Part shown: one piece after another, positions 52,771-64,000 of the stretch
Numbering within the stretch: position 1 is the first letter of the stretch
How the letters are laid out: every line of letters starts with the position of its first letter
Assembly (NCBI GenBank): GCA_000004695.1
Contig: CM000150.2
Coordinates: forward strand, 3,584,001 to 3,648,000
Direction of reading: 5' to 3'
Length of the DNA stretch: 64,000 nt
Origin: Dictyostelium discoideum
Taxonomy: Eukaryota
Translations under genes and position numbers: made by a program
The notes under the pieces: generated by a model
Seen by the model: the letters and a program-made list of their open reading frames with translations, nothing else
Database searches by the model: none
What the model was told of the DNA's origin: nothing

Positions 52771-52898
52771 CCCTATCGGCCGAGGTTGGAGTAGTTAATA
52801 GATTTGAGTTCGCTCAAATCTAAGGACTATAAAAGGAAACTAGGTTTCCAATTCAACCTCAGTAGTAAATATATACAAATAATAAAAACACGATAGGG
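52771..52898. ncRNA. Candidate structured small ncRNA of about 128 nt; class unknown
   Basis: Local GC enrichment. Outer 8-bp stem CCCTATCG(52771..52778)/CGATAGGG(52891..52898). Internal perfect hairpin AGATTTGAG-TTCG-CTCAAATCT (9 bp with a TTCG tetraloop, 52799..52820). Second hairpin GGAAAC-tag-GTTTCC. A GAGGTTG/CAACCTC pairing is also present. A T-run follows at 52916..52919. Strand undetermined. Confidence 0.35.
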
Positions 52899-53011
52899 CT
52901 ACGGTCATTAATTAATTTTGTGTACATTTATTTCTAAAATAATTAATCATTTTACTTTAATAATAGAATAAATAAATAATTAAATTTTATTAAATAATTT
53001 ATTTTAAGAGA

Positions 53012-53461
53012 ATGTCAACTAATAATAACGAAGATATTGATAATGATGAATTGCAACAACAGGATAATGAGGAACAACAACAACAACAACAACCACAGGT
53101 ATCAACATTCAATGAACAGCAACGTCAGATAAGGGAACAGCAGCAGGTAATAGATAAACAAAATCAACTTCTTCAACAACACATTCAATTAATAAATCAA
53201 CAATCTCAACTACAATTGAATAATCATACGACACCACCATCATCACCCAACATTACAACACCAATAACTTCAGCAGCAATAACCAACACAATAAAGAAAT
53301 CATTAGGAAAAATTAACACTGATGATACCGACCACCAGTTGTTACAGAAAGTGATAATGATCTTCCACAACAAACCAATTCAAAAAAACAACATTACATT
53401 TATTATCAATGCCCAAAATTACTCGAAGAAAATTTTAATATCTTCAAATTTATATTTTTAA
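53012..53461 (+). CDS. Gln-rich small hypothetical protein (149 aa)
   Basis: ORF with ATG start and poly-Q/N composition typical of Dictyostelium. No domain recognised. Weak support. Confidence 0.3.
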   Translation: MSTNNNEDIDNDELQQQDNEEQQQQQQPQVSTFNEQQRQIREQQQVIDKQNQLLQQHIQLINQQSQLQLNNHTTPPSSPNITTPITSAAITNTIKKSLGKINTDDTDHQLLQKVIMIFHNKPIQKNNITFIINAQNYSKKILISSNLYF

Positions 53462-54214
53462 ACCAATCCAATTATTTAAAATAAAAAAAATAAAAAATAA
53501 AAAATTTTATACAATTTTTTTAAATAGTTTTTTTTCTTTATTATTTAATTATTATTAAATGTGTTTTGAAATGTAATTCTATTTAAAAATTCTAAAGGTA
53601 ATTGAAGTTTAGGGAATGATATCGTCATCTAATCTGAATGTCATAGTGCATAGATAAATCTTTCTTTTCTCTGACATAAGATTAATATGATCATTTTTAT
53701 TTTCCTTTGAGTGATAGTATTGATATGAACATTAACTTTTCTAAATGATATAGTGCATAGATAAATCTTTCCTTTCTCTACCATTTGATTGTGTTATGAT
53801 TCATCTCAAATTACTTAATTTTCTTTTAAAGTAACCACTTATAAATTCCTTTTTCTATATTTTTAATTGATAAATTAGATTATTTATTTATTATTATTTT
53901 TTTATTTATTTTCAATTTCTTACTTTTGTTTCTCTTTTATTCCATCTTAAATCATTTTATTTCTTTGTTTTTGAAATAATACTATTTCATTTTATTTGAT
54001 TTAATTTTTTGGTTTTTTGGAATGAAAAAAAAAAAAAAAAAAAAGATCAATTTATACTCTTATAATTTTTTATTATTCCTATTTAATATTTATTAGATTT
54101 TTCCTAAAAAGCAATTTTTACTTTTTTTTTCCTTTTTTTTTAATTGATCAAAAAAATTTCTAAATTGGAACTTATTAGATAATAAAAAATGGTTAAATAT
54201 TGAAATTTATTTAA

Positions 54215-54252
<38 letters not shown>

Positions 54253-54833
54253 AATTTTAAAATTCCTACTCAAACAATGAATCAAAAAATTAAATAAATA
54301 AAAAAAAAATAAAAATAAATTATACAGATGTAATAATAATTATATTTTATATTTATTTTACCTTTTAATTTTATTTTATTTTATTATTTTAATTTGGTAA
54401 TATAACTTTTCTGATTTTTTCTATCTATAATTGGATATCAAAAAACAACCTGCTGGTAAATTTTTATTTTTTAACATCCAAAGTTGTGGTCATCTAAGTT
54501 AGTGGTGTAAATATTACCTCTGAAATTTTTGAGGATCGTACAGTTTGAATTAATTTAAGAGATTATTGTGTTCAACTTAGTATGGTTGGAGTTTTTTTTT
54601 TAATTTTTTTTTTTTAATATTAATTAATAGATGTTTATAAATTAAAGGAAATAAACAGATATAGGTTTATTTATGAATTTTAAAATACAACTATTATTGG
54701 AAAACTCCAATCATTCCTTTTTTTTTTTTTTTTTACCTGTGATCAGACCTTCAAGGAATGTCCTTGTGTCTTTTCGGCGGTGTTTGTTAAACGGTTTTAT
54801 TTTTATTATTCAATTGTATTAAATTTTTTAAAC

Positions 54834-54845
<12 letters not shown>

Positions 54846-54887
<42 letters not shown>

Positions 54888-57467
54888 ACTACTTAAATTG
54901 GAAGAGGGTTCGGAGCTGCTAGGGTTTGCCAGGCTTTGTTGAATTTGTATTTGTGAAGATCTTGATTGGTGTTTTTTAGTATTGCTTCGTCGTGTTTGAT
55001 TTTCTTTAGTGTGATGAATTTTTCAGTTTCGATGAGATTTAGTAATTCTGTTTCTATGACCTTTTGTTCGAATTTTGGCTCTGGTTGCTTTCATCAGTGT
55101 TGAACAATTTGTGACAGATTATCTTCCATAATTGGTGTGCTATTATTCCTATGAGATTGGGGAAGATTCTCTCAGTTCTGTTGTATTTTGATATGTCTAA
55201 GGTATCCATTGACCATCTGTGGATTTTGATGAATGATAATTTGTTAACTGTTGATATGATGGTTTTTTCAATATCTAGGATATCTTGGCATAGAGTGAAG
55301 AGGTGAGAATAAGGGTCTCTGAATAGGTGGCCACAGATCTTGCATCTGGTGTCTCTTTCGTGGTTGATACCTGGAAGTGATCTTGAGAAGAATCTGAAGA
55401 GGGTGTTTCTACCTTTTTGGTGAGAAATGCTGTTGATGTTTATGAATACTTTGGGTATTGCTGTGTTGTATCTCACCGCCCATAACTTCTGCCATTCTGT
55501 TCTTCTTGGTGTTGGGTGTCTGTCTTTGATCATGAGTTCGTAAATTTCTTTCAGTTTTAGTGGTTCATCATTGTCGTTTCTTATACAGTCTGGAAGTTCA
55601 TTTATCTTTGGATGGTTTTGGTAAAATTTGACTCTGAATACACCCCAGTGTCTGCACATATCGTTGAGGGTTGAAGTGTGGGCTTTTTTTCTACTTAATT
55701 GCTCCATGTACCATTCTTGTAAGGTATTGTTGTTGTTGTTGTAGTTGTTATGGAGTAGCCTGTTCATGTACCAGATTTTGAATGCTATATGTCTTAGTTC
55801 TATATCCCATAATTTTATGCCTCCTTCTTTCCAATCTGCATATGCTCTGTCTATTTTCATCATAGTTTTGTATTTTCTCTCTTCTGTATATGTATTCTTA
55901 ACTGAGGAGAATAAGAACCATCTGGTCATGTTATTGATTTCCTCAATTTGTTCTTCATTTAGATTATCCATGTATTGATGGTATGTTAATTTGGATAGAA
56001 CGTATGTTTTGAGAATTGTCATCTTTGCCTTCATCGTTATTGCTTGTGATTTCCATTTGATTAGATTGTTTTTCATTTCTTGGATTAAAGTGTTGTATTT
56101 TGAATTTAAACCTGTTTTGGTGAAATTGAGGCCAAGATATCTTTCTGGGACTGTAATCTCTTGGAATGGTAGATCGTGTGGTTTATCTCCTATTGCTATC
56201 ATTACTGTTTTCTCTTTGTTTAACGATGATGATGTTGCTGAGCAGTACTTTTGGATTTTAGTATTAATTTTCATTAGTTCTTCTGTGGAGTTTGTAAAGG
56301 TTGCTATGTCGTCAGCAAATGCAGTGAGTTTTCATGATTTGGAATTTGGTAGAGTGAAGCCTTTGATTGTATTATCATTGATGATATCTATTAGAAGTGG
56401 TTCTAAAACTAGAGCAAAGATTGTTGGTGATATTGGGTCTCCTTGTTTTGTTCCTCTTCTGATTGTTATTCCATTGACTAAAAAGTCGTTGATCTTTATT
56501 TTGTTTTTAGTATCTTTGAGTAGGTTTAGTAGGATCGCTGTGAATTTTGGGGGGATACCAATATGCTCTAATGTTCTTGTGATACTCTTGTGGCTGATTG
56601 AATCGAATGCTTTGTTAAAATCGTAAAAGGTAATGAGTGTATTGTTCTTTCTTTTGTTACTTATTTCTATTACTTCCTTCATGATCTGAATATTGTCTTG
56701 GATGAACCTGTTTGGAACAAAGCCTTTTTGAAATTTGTTGATAATTTTACTGGTGATATCTAATAATCTACTGTTGAGAATTTTGCTTAAAATTTTGTAA
56801 TCTGTATTGAGAAGGGTGATTGGTCTTCTATTTGAAATGTTTAGTTCATCTCCTTTTTTGAATATTGTTGTTATTACTCCTTCTTTGAATTTTGTGGGGA
56901 TTTCTTTCTTATTTGTGAGGAGGTCGTTGAAAGCTATAGTCAATATTCTTGCTATTGAGTTGATGTGGTACTTGTAGAATAGTGCATTGATACCGTCTAA
57001 ACCTGGAGATTTGTGGATACTTGAAGTTTTGATTGCTTTGGTCACTTCATGTATTCTCATCGGTCTGTCTATCTCGAGTTTCTTGATTAAATCAACGTCT
57101 ACTTCCCATTTTTCTAATAACTTCTTGTGGGTTTCTTCGTTATCTTCTTTCTCTTCATAGAATTCAACAAATCTTTTTGCTATGTTCTCTTTATCTGATA
57201 TGGTCTTATTATCTTTATCTTTTATTTGGAATATTGATTTATCTTTGGCTCTGGATTTAAGGATACTTGTGAGGTATTTGCTTGGTGTTTCTTGATGCAG
57301 GTGGAGTTTTAATTTGATATCCCATGCTTTTACCTTTTTAAAAAAAAAAACTCCAATCATTCCTAAAAATATTTTATTTTATATTTAGAAAGGAATGATT
57401 GGAGTTTTCCAATCATTTCTAAAAATATTTTATTTTATATTTAGAAAGGAATGATTGGAGTTTTCCA

Positions 57468-57510
<43 letters not shown>

Positions 57511-60150
57511 TGGATTAACAAGATTGATATATGTCCATCTGTGTTAATACGAGTTTTTATTTAATATTTATTTATAGGCTTATCATTTAAGCTGAAGGGT
57601 TATTTTAATCATATGAATTGATCTAAAAGATATAATATTTGGGAGAGATGATTCTGGAATACAATAGTAATTAGCTGTTGTTTTTCTTAGCTTGATCGTT
57701 GAGGTGAGAAGGATCTTAGGATCTTTGAAGTTATTATGGTCTTTTGCTGATAGAGTTATGGTTGGATGACAGCTCCCTTGAATAATCGTTAAGTAGGAAG
57801 TCTATTTTCTTAAGCATTATGCTTGAGAGGATTGAGGATTTTTTTAATCTCCATCTGCGCTTGTTCATCTGTATGTTGGGTAGAGTGAAAGTGGTTGATA
57901 GGAAGTTGTGATCTGATAGAGGTATGTCGTTAATTTTTGGGGGGATTAGGTTCCTTAAGTATAATTGGCTGTAGTTGATTAAGCTATTGTTAAGGTATAT
58001 TCTGTCTAGTCTCCTTTCCAAGATTCTTGTGAGGTAATGTATCGTTCTTGAGAAGGTGGGTCTTTTATTTAGTTGGTCCATATCCATTAGGTTATTTGAA
58101 ATTCTGATGGCTTCGATTACTGTGGCCATCTCATCTGGGGATTGTGTTGTCAAGTTGCCTTGGTCATCACTTGATGTGTGATTGTCATTGAAGTCTAAAC
58201 AGTTGAAGTCGCCTGCTATGATGTCGATGTTTTTATTAGGGTTAGACGTAAGGTTGTGGTATTGGTTGTTGAAGTGTTTGTTTAGTGTTGAAGCTAGTGT
58301 TTTTCTTTTATCAGGTTGGGCCGGGGCGTATATGGCCAAGATTCTCGTTGTGGTATCTTTTATTAGAATGTCTGATATTATTAGTCTACCTTCTATTATG
58401 AATATTGGTGAGAGTTTTATGTTTTGGTTGTTGTGGTTTAGTATTCCTATTCCGTTGCCTCTGTTGGTTGCGCTAATGATGGAGCCAGAGAATAGCTGGT
58501 GTGCTTGTGTTGCGTCGGCGTTGAGTTCATTGACTATGGTTAGTGCCAATGAGTTTGGGGGGGATTGGGATTTGATAAAGTCTGTTTTGTTTTTGAAGGA
58601 GGTGTCAGTGCCCCAACCTCTGACATTCCATTGGTTGATTTTGATTACTACTATTATGAGATGATATCGATCTCCTCTTGGGAGTCGTATAGCTGCGGTT
58701 TGGATGGTGAAGGGTAGATACTCCCTATGAAGCTCTCAATGATTCCTTTCCTTTCTTTTTTGACAGGTGTCTTAGGGGTGGATGGGATGTAAGGGTTGCT
58801 TCTGTTTATTGTTGGTGAGAGTTGGTTGACTTCATTGTTTGAGTGGATTTCCTCGTTCTTGCGTTTATGTGATGGAGGGATGTTTAGTGTCTTCTCTCTG
58901 TTTTCCGAGGATGAATGGGTGTTAGTGCTCGTTTTGTTGGCATTGTCTTTTTGGATGGCGTTGGATGTTGTGGTAGTGGTTGTGGTGGGTTTGACAGATT
59001 GAGATTCTGCTGGGTTTTTGCGGGGAAGAGGTAGAGATGACTTTTTTGCTTGGGCTTTTTTCTCTTGGGTTGATTGTTTATCAGACTGATTGTTTGCTGG
59101 GTTGTTTGTTTGTTGTTGTGGTTTTGGTTGAGAGGATTTGATTGCTATCCTGTTTTGGGTGTTAGGAGGATCTGTCATCTCATCTTCTAATGGTTCCTCC
59201 GTGTTGTTTGTCTCTACTTTCTTGTTTTTCTTTTGTGAGGAGTAGGTTTTGGTGGCCGTTCTGATGGTAAAGTTTGCGATTTCTGTAATGTGTTGGCCAG
59301 ATTTCATTTGATCGCCTATTTTGCATTCTATTAGACCGAATACTATGAGGTGGTCGGTGGAGTATATAGTATTGTATATTGCATAGGGTATTTCTTCTGC
59401 AAAGGCAGTTTTGATGATGGCGTCCACTATTCCTGCCTTTTCTCTGGGAATTCTTACTCTTCTTGTGAGGACGTGGAAGTCTCTACTGGAGGTGATGAAG
59501 GTTCCCAATTTGCTTCTATCTCTAATGATATTTATGAGAGATTGTTCGTTTTTAATCATCAGGTGGATCGTTTTTCTAGTTCCTTTGCCTATGTATATCT
59601 TGTCGATTGGGATATCGTAGTTTGAGAGTGTTTTTCTCATTTCTTCTAACCCCTTGAGATCCATTTTGGGGAATTCGAGTGTAATTGGGTAGAATCCGTT
59701 GTTCTTCTCGTAGGTTGAGAGCGCAGTCATGTTCAATATGGTCTCGCAGTATTTGGAGATGTCTTTGAGGCCTATTGATAGTTTGGGGTAGGTCTCCTTT
59801 ATCTCTGCTGTTTTTGTGGAGAATTCCTTAATGAAGTTCTCCGATGCCTCGTCCATATGGGTGGAGGGGTTGGCCATTTTAGCCGCGTCTGCGTAGGAAT
59901 TCATCTCGATGGGATTCCTTTGAATCGGCGATTTGTAAGTTAGATCTGTAGATCGTGGTGGATTGGTGATTTTTTTTGAAAGATTGGTTAAAATTGACCG
60001 AGATTAAGGATAGAAAAGGATGAATTACTTTTCACGTGTATCTTGTATCCTCTTGATCGCGGTACGGTTTTTTCACTTTCCAATAATAGTTGTATTAAAG
60101 GTTGGTGGTGTTTGAAATCCTGCAACTCGGACCCACTTAATTTAAGGAAT
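54846..60150 (-). mobile_element. TRE3-like non-LTR (LINE) retrotransposon about 90-100 bp downstream of a tRNA gene: ORF1 58654..59904, APE-type endonuclease 57734..58549, reverse transcriptase 56332..57360, C-terminal Cys/His domain 55054..56274, poly(A) tail as a plus-strand T46 at 54846..54893
   Basis: EN motifs DIIAGDFNC. RT motifs FVPNRFIQDNIQ, TFYDFNKAFDSISH, GTKQGDPISPTIFALVLEPL. Zinc-knuckle-like CKICGHLFRDPYSHLFTLC. Poly(A) sits at the 3' end on the minus strand, and the element 5' end faces the 3' end of tRNA-Thr at 60185. Position and orientation fit the TRE3 class of dictyostelid tRNA-gene-targeted elements (recall). The 5' boundary is approximate. Confidence 0.7.
57350..57510. 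repeat. Two tandem copies of a roughly 60-bp palindromic hairpin unit (CTCCAATCATTCC..loop..GGAATGATTGGAG) followed by a roughly 38-nt homopolymer (plus T, minus-strand A), located between the EN and RT ORFs of the retroelement
   Basis: Visible in the sequence. The same 20-mer ttggaaaactccaatcattcc recurs at 54692..54712, just beyond the element's terminal poly(A). Confidence 0.7.
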
Positions 60151-60184
60151 TGAACCGGCGATCAATTGTTTCCAGTTATAAAAA

Positions 60185-60256
60185 AGGCTCCTATGAGGAT
60201 CGAACTCATGACCTCTTCCTTACTAGGGAAGCGCAATACCACTATGCTAAGGAGCC
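60185..60256 (-). tRNA. tRNA-Thr (anticodon AGU)
   Basis: Minus-strand sequence GGCTCCTTAGCATAGTGGTATTGCGCTTCCCTAGTAAGGAAGAGGTCATGAGTTCGATCCTCATAGGAGCC folds by hand into a cloverleaf. Acceptor stem 7 bp, D-loop with GG, anticodon stem CTTCC/GGAAG with loop CTAGTAA (anticodon AGT), 5-nt variable loop, T-arm CATGA GTTCGATC TCATG. Confidence 0.85.
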
Positions 60257-60456
60257 ATTTTTGAAATTTTAAAATATAAGACATCTATAAGTTAATTTTT
60301 TAAGGAAATTTAATTTTTTGTTATTTTTTTGATTCATTTTATTTTGTAATTTAGAGAATAGAATTAAATGAAAACAATGAAAGACCCTATATTCAATTAA
60401 AAGTTAAAATTCATGAATCTAAGTTTAAAAGTAATTTGAAAGAATTTACTAGTAAA

Positions 60457-60936
60457 TTAAATAATTGGGTTGTCAATGAATTTTTTTTTATTATATGGAA
60501 GCATTTGGGATAAAAGTAAAATAGTTTTTACTTTTGAATATTTGTTTGGATGATGTGAATTGAAAATGGAATATTCTGTGTTTCTCCAAAGTGAAATTAA
60601 ATCCAAATATTCTTTCTCTAAACCATTTGTTTGTAATGGCTCCTCTTTATTGAAATCAGTTACAACGCCAGAACTATGATAGCTACGAAGTTTGGATTGA
60701 ATAATATTTCTTGAGTTATTTATATTATTTTGAATTTGAGATAAATCACTGTTGTATGAAGATTCATCGAATACCTTTTTGATTTCATCTTTGCACTTTG
60801 GGGCTTTTCTAGATTTTGTTACCGGAATTTGTTTTGTAATGATTTCAGGTTGTTCTTTAACAATATTAATTTCTTTGACAATTTTTTCTACCTCTTCATC
60901 CACTGTTACCTCTTCTGTGACAGCAACATCTGTCAT
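60457..60936 (-). CDS. Hypothetical protein (159 aa from the first ATG); open frame continues upstream to about 61290 but contains one in-frame TAA at 61168..61170
   Basis: ORF track plus my own translation of the upstream region. No domain recognised. Confidence 0.3.
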   Translation of the reverse strand: MTDVAVTEEVTVDEEVEKIVKEINIVKEQPEIITKQIPVTKSRKAPKCKDEIKKVFDESSYNSDLSQIQNNINNSRNIIQSKLRSYHSSGVVTDFNKEEPLQTNGLEKEYLDLISLWRNTEYSIFNSHHPNKYSKVKTILLLSQMLPYNKKKFIDNPII

Positions 60937-62238
60937 TATTTCTTTTTTATTGGTAAAAGTTTCTTTTCTTGTTACTGGAACACTTTTAATTATTATCTTT
61001 TCATCTTTTAGTTTTCCACCAATGGTGCTAATTCCAAGAGTAACAATTCCTGTAATCCATGATCTAACAGGTGCATCTTCAGTAATTCTTTCTTCAAATG
61101 TATGTGGGACAGGCTTTTTTTCAATTCTTGTAATTGTTTTGGTTGGAACTATTTCTTTGACAGTTTAGTAAGAAATAACTTCTTTATCAACAAGATTAAC
61201 TTTTATTTCATTTATTGTTTCATTTTCAGTGTATTTCTCGTCGATTTCACAATCAAACACTTTAACAGTTTCATCTTTGTTATATTTTGAATTTTAATTA
61301 TCCTTTAAAAGAGCATGCTCTTTCAATTGCTTATTTAATTCTAAATGTTTATCAAATCAATTTTTGACATCACTGGTTTTACAAGATATTTAAATGATAT
61401 TACTGATGGATGATTTTAAAAAGTTGTAACCATTTTTTGACAATGTTTCAGTAATTTACAATTGAGTCTTAATCAAACCTTGTTTAATACCAGTTGAAGA
61501 AACCCAATCGATTAAAGAATTTTTGTTTTTAATAAATTGAGATAAATAGATTAACTCTTCATTTAAATCTATCAATTGTTTAGATTGATTTAAATTTGAA
61601 TTTCCTAAAACCAAATCTAATAAGTTTGAAAATTCCATTAGTTCATTTTTGTACCTTGATTTAAATTTGTTAATAAATCATTAAAAAGCTTCATTTCAAC
61701 GGAAAATATTTTAATTGGAAGGAAACCTTGAAAAAGCAAGGTTTCCTTCTAGCTTTATAATTTTCAATCTTTGATTTACTACCATAAATGAAAATCCAAT
61801 AAATTGTGAATGAGATGAAATTGAAATAAATTATCTGGCAATGAAACATATGAAAGACTATTAATCATTTCCTTAATAAGTTCTCTTTGATTTTGGTTTG
61901 GTGGAACATAGCTTTTATCATCTTCACTTGGTTTTGCAAAAATTGAAGCTTTATCACAACGTATTAAATTGTCAATAATTTTCTTTGATTGTTCATCAAC
62001 GGAAATGTTTCAACAAATTTTCAAGACTTTTTTTGCAATTTTGGAGAGCCAATTTACTTCTTGATGTTTTAGTGAATACAATACCCATGCATTTTTCAAG
62101 ATCTGATCCAACTTTTTGAAAGAGATTGCCATTTTTGTTCAAACAATCTTTTAAAGCGGTTAAGTAAAAAAAATCTTTTAAGAGAGAATTTTAATCATTA
62201 CCCACCAGTTGCTCCTAAGCTTTCATGGTGGGTAATGA

Positions 62239-62709
62239 TTAAAATTTTGACTTTTTGATTTTGATATTTGATTTAATTAAACCATTAATTAAATCAACTA
62301 TTTCTCCACCGGAATCAGCATCACCAGCCAAATCCAAAAGATTGCCAAAATTGGTTATTTTTAAATTTGTAATTAATGTTTTAGAACCACTTCCATCACC
62401 AATTTCAAAGCCTTTCGAATTTTCACCCAATTTTAATTCTTCATTTTCATTAATAATAAAATCACTATCCAATAATTCAAAATAATTTGTTAAAGTAGTC
62501 TTTCCAGAGCCAGTTGGACCAACTAAGAGAATTGCATCTTCAATATTTCTTTCAAATGATTTTGAACAATTTCTAATGAAACCAATAATTGTTGAAACTG
62601 TTGAATATGTTTCTTCACAATGATCATAATTGTCCAAGGTATGAATGGAATCTTTAATTTTTAAATATTTATCATTATAATCTTTAATTTCTTCTCTTTT
62701 CATTTTCAA
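62239..62709 (-). CDS. P-loop NTPase/GTPase-like protein (possibly AIG1/GIMAP-like); may be a terminal exon of a longer gene
   Basis: Walker A LLVGPTGSGKTTLTNY and a DxxG-like LLDLAGDADSG. Domain assignment from motif recall only. Confidence 0.4.
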   Translation of the reverse strand: MKMKREEIKDYNDKYLKIKDSIHTLDNYDHCEETYSTVSTIIGFIRNCSKSFERNIEDAILLVGPTGSGKTTLTNYFELLDSDFIINENEELKLGENSKGFEIGDGSGSKTLITNLKITNFGNLLDLAGDADSGGEIVDLINGLIKSNIKIKKSKF

Positions 62710-62730
62710 TAAATAATTTTAAAAAGATTT

Positions 62731-62762
<32 letters not shown>

Positions 62763-63264
62763 CTAATTATGCAAAAAAAAAAACTAAAAAAAAAAAAAAT
62801 AAAAAAAAATAATAAAAAAAAAATACTATATCCTCTTAAATATTAAATCTACTTATTTTTTAAGATTTATAAAAAACTAATTTTAATTTTTTATTTATTA
62901 TTACTATTAAATGATTTTTTTATTTTTTGTGATTGTAATTAATATATATATTTATTTATTTATTTATTTTTTTTACAGTTTTTTCATATGCAATTAATGA
63001 TATTTACAAATTAATTAAAAAAAAAAAAAAATTTTTTAATTTCGGGCTTGGCTTGTTATGTAATGAAAATAAGTCAAAGGGGTCAATTTCTCGAAATTTT
63101 AATAAATAAAAAAAAAAAATATAAAAATAAAAAAAAAAAAATAAATCAAATAAAAAAAAATTCCAATACCGAAATTTAAACAATAGTAATTAAAAAAAAA
63201 AATTAAACAAAGGAACTTTTAAAAAAAAAAAAAATATTCATTCCTTATAAAATAATTTTTTGAA

Positions 63265-64000
63265 ATGTTAAATAAAAAATATCTTTTAACCATTTCTAGT
63301 ATTATACTAACAAGTTCATTTCTTCTTTATAAACTTTATGATTATTTTAATGAAGAAAATAAACTAAATAAATTTAATCAAATTTCAATTGACAAAATTA
63401 TAATTTATCCAGGTAATAAAATAAAATAAAAAATAAAATATAATAAAATATAAAATAATAATAAAATATTAATAAATATAAATTAGTTAAAGCATGTAAA
63501 GGAATTGAAGTTAAAAAATGTAAATTAACTGAATATGGATTTGAAAATGATAGAAGATGGATGGTAATTAAGGATAATAGATATGTAGGACAAAAGCCAT
63601 ATCCAGTATTATCAACAGTAAAAACAGAATTTTCCGAGGATGGATTGTTTTTAATAATTTCTAAAGCAGGTATAAAAAAACAATTAAAAATTTCAACGAA
63701 ACCATTGAGTTCGAGTGAAATGAATCCGGAATTAATCTATTCAAACATTTCCACACTTGATAATATTTCACAATGTTATGATCAAGGTGATGAAGCTGCA
63801 CAATGGTTTTCAAATATTATGAATGATTCAAGTGGTACTATCAGATTCGTTCAAATGTGTCCACCTGATTTATGGAAAAGAAATATTAGAAAACATATTG
63901 GTGATAATTTAAAAACCAACTCAACCAATCAAGATAATGAAAAAGAGTATAAAAACTCTTTATCAAATTCATGTCAAATTATGTTTTTATCAAAAAGTTC
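63265..64000 (+). CDS. MOSC-domain protein (mitochondrial amidoxime-reducing-component-like), 5' part; exon 1 63265..63412, intron GTAATA..AATTAG, exon 2 from 63487 running past the window end
   Basis: The N-terminal hydrophobic anchor then IIYP|VKACKGIEVKKCKLTEYGFENDRRWMVI matches the MOSC N-terminal beta-barrel signature (IYPIKSCKG...DRxWxV in mARC). Phase-1 splice verified by arithmetic. Confidence 0.65.

Noticed and set aside
55745-59625. Plus-strand ORFs within the retroelement (55745..55978, 55991..56626, 58182..58664, 58796..59002, 59350..59625)
   Set aside because: They are antisense to the recognisable ORF1/EN/RT reading frames of the minus-strand element.

Overview
The window is AT-rich amoebozoan nuclear DNA, very probably Dictyostelium discoideum. 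The evidence is poly(A)/poly(T) intergenic tracts, (AAT)n microsatellites that encode poly-Asn, short GTAAGT...AG introns, FNIP-repeat genes and a tRNA-associated TRE-type retrotransposon. CRISPR and operon concepts do not apply.

The dominant feature at 2.3-42.4 kb is a tandemly triplicated, head-to-head cassette with two genes per copy. The first is a secreted DNase II-family nuclease on the minus strand (3 exons). It retains both HxK catalytic motifs and carries a roughly 330-aa C-terminal extension of unknown function. The second is a giant plus-strand gene of 7 exons, about 3,200 aa. It encodes a signal peptide, four P-type-lectin (mannose-6-phosphate-receptor-homology, CI-MPR-like) domains, at least 15 IPT/TIG repeats, an acidic Asp/His stretch, an Ala/Thr/Gly-rich hydrophobic segment, a Pro/Thr linker and a Cys-rich C-terminal domain.

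The three copies differ in state. Copy B (11.85-25.7 kb) looks fully intact. Copy A (2.3-11.5 kb) keeps an apparently intact nuclease but its giant gene is a decayed pseudogene. Copy C (26.3-42.4 kb) has a 1-bp frameshift in lectin exon 2 and diverged lectin exons, yet a near-identical 3' 6 kb. Its intergenic spacer is expanded by a 712-aa ORF and a 280-bp inverted-repeat element.

Downstream of the cassette are, in order:
- RNase H2 subunit B (3 exons) convergent with CAF-1 p60 (3 exons)
- two FNIP-repeat genes, one with a B-box zinc finger and a 59-residue poly-Asn run
- a candidate structured ncRNA
- a Q-rich ORF
- a roughly 5.2-kb TRE3-like non-LTR retrotransposon (ORF1, APE endonuclease, RT, zinc-finger domain, poly-A tail) lying just 3' of a tRNA-Thr(AGU) gene
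- a P-loop GTPase-like gene
- the 5' part of a MOSC-domain (mARC-like) gene

All annotations come from reading the sequence and the ORF track by eye and from recalled family signatures. No database search was run.
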